64,000 bases of DNA from Minisyncoccota bacterium (GTDB lineage: Bacteria > Patescibacteriota > Minisyncoccia > Phycocordibacterales > BOKC01): positions 616,211 through 680,210 of the forward strand of contig CP129473.1 in assembly GCA_030583745.1 (NCBI GenBank). The letters run 5' to 3'. Shown here one piece after another: positions 57,269 to 64,000 of this stretch (the stretch's first letter is position 1; the number at the start of each line of letters is the position of its first letter). The position numbers and the translations under genes were made by a program. A model generated the notes under the pieces. The model was not told the origin of the DNA. It worked only from the letters and a program-made list of their open reading frames with translations, and searched no databases.

Positions 57269-58179
57269 ACATCTGCTACAAACTTCTTACGGAATCTATT
57301 TCTTAGCTTTATTAGCGATGGAAACAAAAATTCAGGACGCACAATGGCACGTTTTACATACATCCAGAGACTTTCCATGCGGCCAAAATGCCTTATTAAA
57401 ACTTTATGTTCTTCAGTTTTTCTAGTTCCTTGTTCTCTAATTTCCGCTAAAGAATTTTGGTGTATTCGATATCCAGCAGTGACTTCTGGTATATAGCCTA
57501 TCTTTGTGTTAACAATTTTTGCATATTCAAACGAAGAAAGCGCGATGTCCACATCCTCAGCGCACCCAATATTAGGATCAAATGGTCCATCAAAACCATA
57601 ACGTCTTTTAACCCACAAGGTTAATCCTTCCAAAAAGTCTTTCCTCCAACACATGGTCGGATATGGCATCTTGCCAAAAATCCAAAAATTCTTGTATGCC
57701 CTTTGAGGGTTAAGAGCTTTCCAAACAAGGCGACCAGGGATATCATTATCGAAAAAAATAAAAGCATCAGAATAGCCAAAAGAAAATTGATTTTTCTCCA
57801 TAAAAGATAATCTCAAACCGAGATTGGTAACGAGATCATCAGAATCAGTGAATGAAATATATTTATGGTTGGAAATATCAATACCTGCTATATTTTTATG
57901 CTTGAGGCATAACTCTATTGCATAGTTTCTTGCATTTGTCGAACTTAGTGGTTCTGCATGAGACTTTTCTCTTCTGATCACTCTTCGCGTTGGATGGTCG
58001 GCATATTTTTTGCTTAATACCGAGTACATATCATCAGTGCTTCCATCGTCGACGATTAAATGGAAAAGATTGTCGAGATTTTGCGAATCAACTGATTGTA
58101 TTGTTTGTTCAAGATATTGGCGTCTATTTAGAAACCTCTGATCTCCAGACCGAGAATAATATGTGGTAATTAGAATCAT
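57265..58179 (-). CDS. Glycosyltransferase family 2
   Basis: ILITTYYS...HLIVDDGSTDD. Confidence 0.85.
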   Translation of the reverse strand: MILITTYYSRSGDQRFLNRRQYLEQTIQSVDSQNLDNLFHLIVDDGSTDDMYSVLSKKYADHPTRRVIRREKSHAEPLSSTNARNYAIELCLKHKNIAGIDISNHKYISFTDSDDLVTNLGLRLSFMEKNQFSFGYSDAFIFFDNDIPGRLVWKALNPQRAYKNFWIFGKMPYPTMCWRKDFLEGLTLWVKRRYGFDGPFDPNIGCAEDVDIALSSFEYAKIVNTKIGYIPEVTAGYRIHQNSLAEIREQGTRKTEEHKVLIRHFGRMESLWMYVKRAIVRPEFLFPSLIKLRNRFRKKFVADV

Positions 58180-60449
58180 AAAGAATTGATAATTTTCTCA
58201 AGCAACTTTTCTAGATATTCAAGGTGCCCAGAAAAATCAGAGTCAGATGTGTGAGGATTTCCTATTGTAACCCCCAGAACACGCAATTTTTGCTTACTAG
58301 GAATAATTTTCTCCGTGACATCGATAATGTCAAAAGTGTGTATGCACATGTAGCCCTCCGTATACGTCAGATTGTGAAGTGATTGGTTGATTTGGTTTAT
58401 TAATGAAGAGTCGAAAGTGATGTCTGGATAGTGTGATTGAAGTTTTTCTGGTGAAATAGAGAAAACTACACTATTTAGCTCAACATTATTAAGAGCGATG
58501 AAGTACTTCGATTCATTCATTGTTATAGACCACTTTTTTGCTAGGCTGAAGCGGTAATCCACCAACTCTCCCACACCATCAACACCAAGATGCTTCATGA
58601 AGAACCATAATTTTAAACTATCGAATGGTCTGCTCCCTAAAAATGGTGTTATCTGCCCCAAATCAAATGAACCCTTTTGAATAGTAATATCTGTGGATTT
58701 ACTAATCAGCTGAAGGTCGGCTAGATCTCTAAAGAGTATTGCGCTTGAGGAATATGGTATACCCAACCCCTTGTGTGGATCGATACTGATTGAATCAGCC
58801 ATTTCAATTCCTTGCATTTTCGCCTTTAAATTTTTTGAAAACAAGGCCACACCGCCATGACACGCATCGACATGTAGCCATACACTATGTTTTCTTGTAA
58901 TCAGTGCTATTTTCTCAAAATTTTCGATGGTAGTTGTTCTCGAATCACCAGCTTGTGCTACCACCGCAACTACTTTTGATGTTTTACTATTGTTGTATGT
59001 AACGAGCTTTGTTTCCAAATCATCATAATCAAGACGGTAATCATTAAGCATATTTATCTTCACAATATTCTCTTCCCCCAAACCGAGCCACCAGAATGCG
59101 GCTATATGAGAATAATGATAAATGGTATCGCCGGTAATGAGTAAGATCGGCTTTATATTTGATTCTGTTAAACCTTGCTTTCGTGATTCTGGAAAAACCT
59201 TACAACGAGCAACTAAAAGTCCGATGGTATTTGCAAGAGTACCACCAGTAACCATCACTCCTCCCACATCCAAAGCATTTCCAGGGATTTCTTTTGGATT
59301 CGCAAAACCAATAAGCTGGCGAAGCCAGTGAATAACCTGCACTTCGACAAAAGTCCCGGTTGGTGCGCTCTTAGCAGTTGCTATAAGATTCTGATTTGTA
59401 AAACACTCTAAAATACTTGCCGCCAATGCGGATGTGGCATTTCCAGAATCAGGAAAAGCTAAATAATTTGGAGATGATTGTCTTATTGAACCATCAAGTA
59501 TTTTTGTTTGATATTCTGATATAACTTGCTCCAAAGCCTGACCTTTCTCAGGGATATTCTCTAACAGATTTGCTTGAACTTTTTGTTCCGGATAAAAATT
59601 TAAAACTTTATGGTGATTATTGGTAATAAAATCAACACCGATATCTAAGCACTTTCTAAAAACCTTTTCCCCATATTCCTTGCCAATATCGCCAAGAAAC
59701 TTACTCTTTAAATCAAACTCAGATTTATCTGTTAATCTATTTAATGAGTTGATAGCATTGGATCTTCGCACGGTATATTTGTTTTCTGAAATAAGCACTA
59801 AGCCCTGCTGTTCGAGTTTCGATAGTATCAGCGGTAGATGCCTATCCAGATATTGTCTCGTGTAATTTGTATTGCAGAAACCCAAATATTCTTTGCCCTC
59901 ATCTAATAATCGGGTTATTATTTCTTGCTGATCAAAAGTATCTTTGCTACCGGATAACAACAGTAACAGTATGATAGATTGAAGACATCTGGTTTTTAAT
60001 TCCTCAAAACTTGCCGGGTCGCCTATAATCAACTGACTGGGACCAGCGCAAGCACTCAACCATTGTCTATACTCGTTGAATGTTGTCCACTCATTCGCGG
60101 CAAGAGGTAAAATCTCTACATGTTTTTGATCGTAAGTAAATCCGTATCCAGCTATTGCTTTTTCCAACTCAGAACGAGTAATAAACTCACCCGGGTAATG
60201 TTCATCAGGAATAAGTGCATAATCAACGTGAAACTGGATAAAGAATTCCTTAAACTCGTCAACCTTAGATTGAATTAAACTTCCGTCTTTGAAGATAAGT
60301 AATAAATCAATATCACTCGCTGGTTTGTTCTCAAGGCGAGCTCGGGAACCAAAAATAACTGCATATTCAACCTCAGTCGGAAACTGTTCCATTATCTTAT
60401 TCGAAAGAGTATGGATTAATTCGTCTTGATTTTCTATGTTGAACATCAT
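58176..60449 (-). CDS. Fusion protein: N-terminal Pol-beta-type nucleotidyltransferase domain plus C-terminal PLP-dependent group II decarboxylase-like domain
   Basis: NTase motif VIFGSRARLENKPASDIDLLLIF. The PLP-binding Lys sits in SISIDPHKGLGIPYSSSAILF, in a fold-type I decarboxylase (DDC/GAD-like) region. Confidence 0.75.
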   Translation of the reverse strand: MMFNIENQDELIHTLSNKIMEQFPTEVEYAVIFGSRARLENKPASDIDLLLIFKDGSLIQSKVDEFKEFFIQFHVDYALIPDEHYPGEFITRSELEKAIAGYGFTYDQKHVEILPLAANEWTTFNEYRQWLSACAGPSQLIIGDPASFEELKTRCLQSIILLLLLSGSKDTFDQQEIITRLLDEGKEYLGFCNTNYTRQYLDRHLPLILSKLEQQGLVLISENKYTVRRSNAINSLNRLTDKSEFDLKSKFLGDIGKEYGEKVFRKCLDIGVDFITNNHHKVLNFYPEQKVQANLLENIPEKGQALEQVISEYQTKILDGSIRQSSPNYLAFPDSGNATSALAASILECFTNQNLIATAKSAPTGTFVEVQVIHWLRQLIGFANPKEIPGNALDVGGVMVTGGTLANTIGLLVARCKVFPESRKQGLTESNIKPILLITGDTIYHYSHIAAFWWLGLGEENIVKINMLNDYRLDYDDLETKLVTYNNSKTSKVVAVVAQAGDSRTTTIENFEKIALITRKHSVWLHVDACHGGVALFSKNLKAKMQGIEMADSISIDPHKGLGIPYSSSAILFRDLADLQLISKSTDITIQKGSFDLGQITPFLGSRPFDSLKLWFFMKHLGVDGVGELVDYRFSLAKKWSITMNESKYFIALNNVELNSVVFSISPEKLQSHYPDITFDSSLINQINQSLHNLTYTEGYMCIHTFDIIDVTEKIIPSKQKLRVLGVTIGNPHTSDSDFSGHLEYLEKLLEKIINSL

Positions 60450-60454
60450 AGTAT

Positions 60455-61261
60455 TTATTTATGCAATTCACTATTTAACTTCTCGACGAGAAACCCATGT
60501 AGATGGCCGTTACTTAAAATAGCTCCTTTTATTGGACAATCATAACGTTGATCTTCACCAAATAAGTCCGTTACCTTACCACCAGCCTCTTCAATAATAA
60601 TCTTTAGTGGAGCAATATCGTACAAAGTATCCCACCAAAATATCACCGCATCCGCTTTCCCCATAGCCAGATAAGAGCAGTGTTCTGAAAAAGAATAGAA
60701 ATCAAGATAATACTTCGCGTCTTTTATAATATCTTTAATGAATGCACTGGGGGCATATAGTGCATTTTTATCATACAGACCAAAAATCTTTGCATCGCTA
60801 ATGGATCTAGTATCTGATATAAATATTTGATCGCATTTTTGATAGTTAGTGATTTTAGTCTTAAACGCACCACCACCCTTAAACGCAAAAAGTATTCGGT
60901 TTAAAATAGGATTTGCAACCACACCAAGCACTGGGGCGCCATCATCCAGTAGGCCTACTGATATTGTCCAGTTCGCTGAACCCATTACGAATGCGTCTGT
61001 TCCATCTATCGGATCAATAACCCATTGGAAATTAGAATTTTTCTTGAGAGAGATTTCTTCTCCCAAAACACCTTCTCCGGGATATTTTATGCTTATTTCG
61101 CTAATAAATTTTTTATTTAGGAAAACATCCAATTCTGTCACTAATGAGCCATCATTCTTTGAGTGATTATCATTATTACCATTATTAAAATGCTCCAGAG
61201 CCTTGTTTGCATTTGACGAAATAAACTTGAGCAGAAAATCAAGTCTATTATTTAGTTCCAT
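60455..61261 (-). CDS. Inositol monophosphatase / 3'(2'),5'-bisphosphate nucleotidase family protein
   Basis: Motifs WVIDPIDGT and WDxxA (FWWDTLYDIAP). Confidence 0.85.
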   Translation of the reverse strand: MELNNRLDFLLKFISSNANKALEHFNNGNNDNHSKNDGSLVTELDVFLNKKFISEISIKYPGEGVLGEEISLKKNSNFQWVIDPIDGTDAFVMGSANWTISVGLLDDGAPVLGVVANPILNRILFAFKGGGAFKTKITNYQKCDQIFISDTRSISDAKIFGLYDKNALYAPSAFIKDIIKDAKYYLDFYSFSEHCSYLAMGKADAVIFWWDTLYDIAPLKIIIEEAGGKVTDLFGEDQRYDCPIKGAILSNGHLHGFLVEKLNSELHK

Positions 61262-61303
61262 GGAATGTAATCTAGCGTAAAATTACTTTATTTTCAAGAA
61301 ATT

Positions 61304-61552
61304 TTAGGCCCGACCGAGCCCCGTTTTCCGCCCATTCAATTTTTGAAAAATCCCCCCGCGAAAAAAGAAAAGTATGAGAGCGGAAACGGGGCGAGGGCGG
61401 AGCGCCGGAGCGGATGCGGAGGCGCTGGGCGGCGTTTGAGAGTCATCACGAACTCCAATGCGTACGATTTGGTATCGCATCGCCACGCGCGCGGCGCGTG
61501 GCAGGTCATTCGGTATTTTTGCTAAAATAGGTTCGAGCGGAGTACAATAGGG
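61304..61552. repeat. IR1-R: inverted copy of the 247-bp repeat
   Basis: See IR1-L; identity ends at the same 'ctcggtcgg' boundary. Confidence 0.9.
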
Positions 61553-61554
61553 AC

Positions 61555-61655
61555 TCAAGAATCAAACTCAACTGCTTTTTAGGGGCAGAAGTTTTGGCGG
61601 CGCGAAGCGCCGCATAAGGGGGGATGGGATTTCCGCGCGCTTCGCGCGCGTGAAG
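61555..61655. repeat. IR2-a: a ~100-bp GC-rich repeat, inverted relative to 63307-63410
   Basis: Identical 33-aa translation HAREARGNPIPPYAALRAAKTSAPKKQLSLILE on opposite strands. It contains the palindromic core 'cgcgcgcgaagcgcgcg'. Confidence 0.9.
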
Positions 61656-61920
61656 GAGGTTCAGAAAATTCTGATCCGAAAATTTTGGAGGGAGGATCAA
61701 AAGGCAGCTCTGCAAGTTTATGTGTGTTTACCCCACCCGCCCGTGCGCACACACCAATCATCGCCGTTTTTGCGGAGACATTATAAAACGGCGATGATTG
61801 CTCCCATGGAAAGTGCTATACTTTAAGTGCAATCAATCCGACAGGTCGTCTTTCCTAATGGCCGTCCCAGACAGTTCAAGGCGACTTGGATTGATTGCAC
61901 CGGGGCGGCCATTTAAGTTT

Positions 61921-63468
61921 ATGAAATATTTTCTATACGCTAGAAAATCTACTGATGTCGAGGACAAGCAAGTGCTTTCTATTGAAGCACAGCTTTCAGA
62001 GTTGAGAATTATTGCCAGAAATCAGGAGTTGGAAATTTTAGAAGAGTTTATTGAAAAACGAAGTGCAAAATCTCCAGGCCGCCCCACGTTCGGCGACATG
62101 ATGGCGCGGATTCAAAAGGGCGAAGCGAATGGCATTATTTGTTGGAAGGTAGACCGCCTCGCGAGAAATCCCGTGGATGGCGGACAAGTGCAGTGGCTTT
62201 TGCAGCAAGGTGTCATTCGCCACATTCAAACACACGACCGCTCGCACTATCCGAACGACAATGTGTTGATGATGTCCGTCGAGCTCGGGATGGCGAACGA
62301 GTACATACGCCAACTCTCCGCAAACACAGCACGGGGATTGCGGCAAAAAGCGAGGCAAGGAATTTATCCCGGACTCGCCCCTATCGGTTACATAAATGAT
62401 CCGCGCACCAAAACCATCCGCGTTCACAAGAAAAATGCCGCGCTGGTGCGCGAAATGTTTGAAAAGTACGCAAGCGGAAGCGCAACGCTCGACGGCCTCG
62501 CGACTTTTCTTGAAAACGCAGGCGTAATATCAAAAGGAAATCGTCGCGTCCATATCTCGCGCATCTCGTTCATTTTGCAAAATCCATTTTATTACGGACA
62601 CTTCCGCTACGCGGGCGAAGTGTACGAGGGAAATCACATGTCTCTCATTTCAAAAGCACTGTACGACAAGGCGAACGCAGTGCTTCGCGGACGTGGCCGG
62701 ACACTCGCCGTCAAAACCGATCCTGCGCCATACTGCGGACTCCTGCGTTGCGGCTTCTGCGGCATGGCAATCACGGCCGAGATGAAAGAGAAGCATCAGA
62801 AGAACGGGAATGTTCATCGCTACACATATTACCGATGTACACGCAAGAACAAGGCCGTGAGATGCAAAGAAGCGCCGATGCGAAGCGAGCTTTTGGACTC
62901 GCAACTTTCGGCGCTTCTTTCCGAATACACCATGTCGCAGGAGTGGGTATCTCCACTTTCGGAGATGCTGAATACAGAAGCCGCTAACGCTTCCAAAACG
63001 GCGGCGGAGGCCGTTCAAGAACTGCGAGACAAGTGCGAAAACATTTCTCGGCAAATAACGCGCTTGACGGACTTGTATGTTGCCGAGGACATCGAGCGCG
63101 AAGATTACTTGTCTCGCAGGCGTTCTCTTATGTCGGAACGCCGGACGATAGAAGAAAATATCGTCCGTCTTGAACGAGCCCCCGCTTTATGGGTTGAACC
63201 TGTCCGAAATTGGATAACGGACGCTTCAACACTGGACAAAATCGCGCAAGCGGAAGACCTCCTTTTGAAAAAATCATCCCTCCAAAAAATTTTCGGATTG
63301 AACCTCTCAATTCACGCGCGCGAAGCGCGCGGAAATCCCATCCCCCCTTATGCGGCGCTTCGCGCCGCCAAAACTTCTGCCCCTAAAAAGCAGTTGAGTT
63401 TGATTCTTGAGCCAACGGTCGGAATTGAACCGACGACCTCGCCCTTCGCTTTTACCCCTGTTTCCTAG
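61921..63468 (+). CDS. Large serine recombinase (resolvase/invertase catalytic domain, recombinase domain, zinc ribbon and coiled-coil)
   Basis: YARKSTDVEDKQVLSIEAQ holds the catalytic Ser; zinc ribbon CGLLRCGFCG...YYRC. The gene is GC-rich, about 55%. The ORF's last ~55 codons run through IR2-b and the antisense tRNA 3' exon, so the real stop is uncertain. Confidence 0.85.
   Translation: MKYFLYARKSTDVEDKQVLSIEAQLSELRIIARNQELEILEEFIEKRSAKSPGRPTFGDMMARIQKGEANGIICWKVDRLARNPVDGGQVQWLLQQGVIRHIQTHDRSHYPNDNVLMMSVELGMANEYIRQLSANTARGLRQKARQGIYPGLAPIGYINDPRTKTIRVHKKNAALVREMFEKYASGSATLDGLATFLENAGVISKGNRRVHISRISFILQNPFYYGHFRYAGEVYEGNHMSLISKALYDKANAVLRGRGRTLAVKTDPAPYCGLLRCGFCGMAITAEMKEKHQKNGNVHRYTYYRCTRKNKAVRCKEAPMRSELLDSQLSALLSEYTMSQEWVSPLSEMLNTEAANASKTAAEAVQELRDKCENISRQITRLTDLYVAEDIEREDYLSRRRSLMSERRTIEENIVRLERAPALWVEPVRNWITDASTLDKIAQAEDLLLKKSSLQKIFGLNLSIHAREARGNPIPPYAALRAAKTSAPKKQLSLILEPTVGIEPTTSPFAFTPVS
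63307..63410. repeat. IR2-b: copy of the 100-bp repeat that ends exactly at the tRNA-Thr(GGU) 3' end
   Basis: Identity with 61555-61655 (inverted) stops at 63410, which is the discriminator position of the minus-strand tRNA. Confidence 0.9.
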
Positions 63469-63691
63469 AAGCTTATCAGGGGGCTAGACTGTATCTTAGA
63501 CTTATTCGTAATTGTGAACTTAGTCTCCCTTGTCAGTCGTTCGGGCCTCCCAATTAAATTAACTGAGATGCCACGGTCTTAACCAAGCTCTGGTCTTTAA
63601 CCGTTATTCAGGATTCTCTAAAAGATTTCTCTTTTAGAGGGCAGAAATGCTTTCTACCATGGGCGTGCTCTACCAACTGAGCTACGTTGGC
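63410..63691 (-). tRNA. Intron-containing tRNA, most consistent with tRNA-Thr(GGU)
   Basis: The 5' exon reads gccaacg-ta-gctc-agttggta-gagc-a-cgccc-auggu. The 3' exon reads aa-gggcg-aggtc-gtcgg-ttcaatt-ccgac-cgttggc-u. The acceptor and anticodon stems are perfectly complementary across a 209-nt insertion in the anticodon loop. Confidence 0.75.
63447..63655 (-). ncRNA. Candidate group I intron (~209 nt) in the tRNA anticodon loop between positions 36 and 37
   Basis: The 5' splice site follows a U that forms a U-G pair within a P1 hairpin (GGU|AGAAA gca UUUCUGCC). P2 is a 9-bp hairpin (CUCUAAAAG...CUUUUAGAG). A P7-like pair AGACUA / AGUCUAG is present. The intron ends in G (..AAAAGCG|AA). An A-rich bulged P4-P6-like hairpin is also present. 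Confidence 0.55.
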
Positions 63692-63789
63692 GCATTAAAT
63701 TAATGCGTGGCTAAATCCTATTATATAAAATCACTTTTTTCAACACTTTTTCATGTTAAAATCAAAACTACGATCAGGAAATTGAGGCG

Positions 63790-63995
63790 CTCCTGCTTAT
63801 GCTCCCATGCCTCCCGCCAAAGAAGGCTTCGGCCTGAAAGATGGAAACAGGGTAAAGCGGATTAGATACCCGCTGTGGGTGGGTTGAATTCCCACCGTTA
63901 ACACTTTGTACCCCTGTATCTCCCGCCCGAAAGGGAAACCGGCGGCCCCGTTTAGCGGGGAGCCCTCACGCACGAAAAAGTGCGAGAGGGTTTTT
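63790..63995 (+). ncRNA. Candidate GC-rich structured RNA ending in a strong terminator
   Basis: Nested helices (acagggta...tacccctgt; gcgg-attagatac-ccgc; ggtggg-ttgaatt-cccacc) and a terminator 'ccctcacgcac gaaaaa gtgcgagaggg' plus TTTTTT. It contains only a 12-codon ORF. Confidence 0.35.
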
Positions 63996-64000
63996 TATTT

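Noticed and set aside
63411-63468. C-terminal ~19 codons of the serine recombinase ORF as genuine coding sequence
   Set aside because: They lie antisense to the tRNA 3' exon and extend into the intron. GC richness probably keeps the frame open, so the true stop is uncertain and the 3' boundary is given low confidence.
63860-63890. 16S rRNA fragment suggested by the 'GGATTAGATACCC' primer-site motif
   Set aside because: The flanks do not match 16S (no ...CAAACAGGATTAGATACCCTGGTAGTCC...). Here the motif is the loop of a small local hairpin.

Overview
This 64-kb window looks like a small-genome, AT-rich bacterium, most likely Candidate Phyla Radiation/Patescibacteria. The evidence is a compact gene order, a ribosomal protein block that goes from rpsE straight to rplO with no L30 gene, an abundant type IV pilus module, and weak Shine-Dalgarno usage. 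Four stretches are conspicuously GC-rich and contrast with this ~38-40% GC background: the first 130 bp, 51.3-52.1 kb, 61.3-63.5 kb and 63.78-64.0 kb.

Layout:
- **0.3-5.5 kb:** spc-type ribosomal operon segment rpsZ-rpsH-rplF-rplR-rpsE-rplO-secY-adk-map.
- **5.6-8.3 kb:** ndk, then the infC-rpmI-rplT operon on the minus strand.
- **8.4-18 kb:** metal-homeostasis island. It holds a YibE/F permease with a natural C-terminal His8 tail, Fur/Zur and a ZIP transporter with a dyad operator, and CsoR with a palindromic operator over its -10. These are followed by a Met-rich DUF305 protein, a CPH-type P1B copper ATPase, a DUF411/CopG protein, several membrane proteins, and a DsbA-VKOR pair.
- **18.0-19.0 kb:** ssrA (tmRNA) and smpB.
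- **19.1-21.1 kb:** ftsH.
- **21.1-27.3 kb:** an uncharacterised locus. It has a small ORF, a 557-aa coiled-coil protein and an 82-aa DFEK-repeat protein, then a structured terminator-containing leader in front of a 916-aa T4CP/VirD4-like P-loop ATPase, a LAGLIDADG-like HTH protein, and tRNA-Ile(UAU).
- **27.4-31.0 kb:** recG, a CsaA-like tRNA-binding protein and tRNA-Ser, with a 4x63-bp tandem repeat that abuts the tRNA 3' end.
- **31.0-45.2 kb:** a type IV pilus/competence cluster. The order is comFC-like, pilM, pilN, pilO, pilB, a CheY-like regulator, pilT, a four-helix-bundle (4HB) gene, pilC, a second 4HB gene, pilA, RAYT, a second pilin, pilD, and four minor pilins. Both 4HB genes are framed by TAGNNN hexamer repeats. 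A REP/RAYT palindromic element also sits in the cluster, and copies of its 21-bp palindrome are embedded in-frame in the RAYT and in pilD.
- **45.2-51.0 kb:** ligA, gatC, an IR-rich spacer, gatA, a membrane-anchored HEPN protein, three tRNAs and a Nudix hydrolase.
- **51.2-63.7 kb:** a composite island bounded by two tRNA-Thr genes. Perfect 247-bp inverted repeats flank a 9.8-kb AT-rich cargo of argS, four glycosyltransferases, a nucleotidyltransferase-PLP-decarboxylase fusion and an IMPase. Next to the left repeat is a 570-bp GC-rich non-coding structured region. Nested perfect ~100-bp inverted repeats flank a GC-rich large serine recombinase. The right-hand repeat ends exactly at the 3' end of a tRNA-Thr(GGU) gene, and that gene appears to be split by a ~209-nt group I intron in its anticodon loop.
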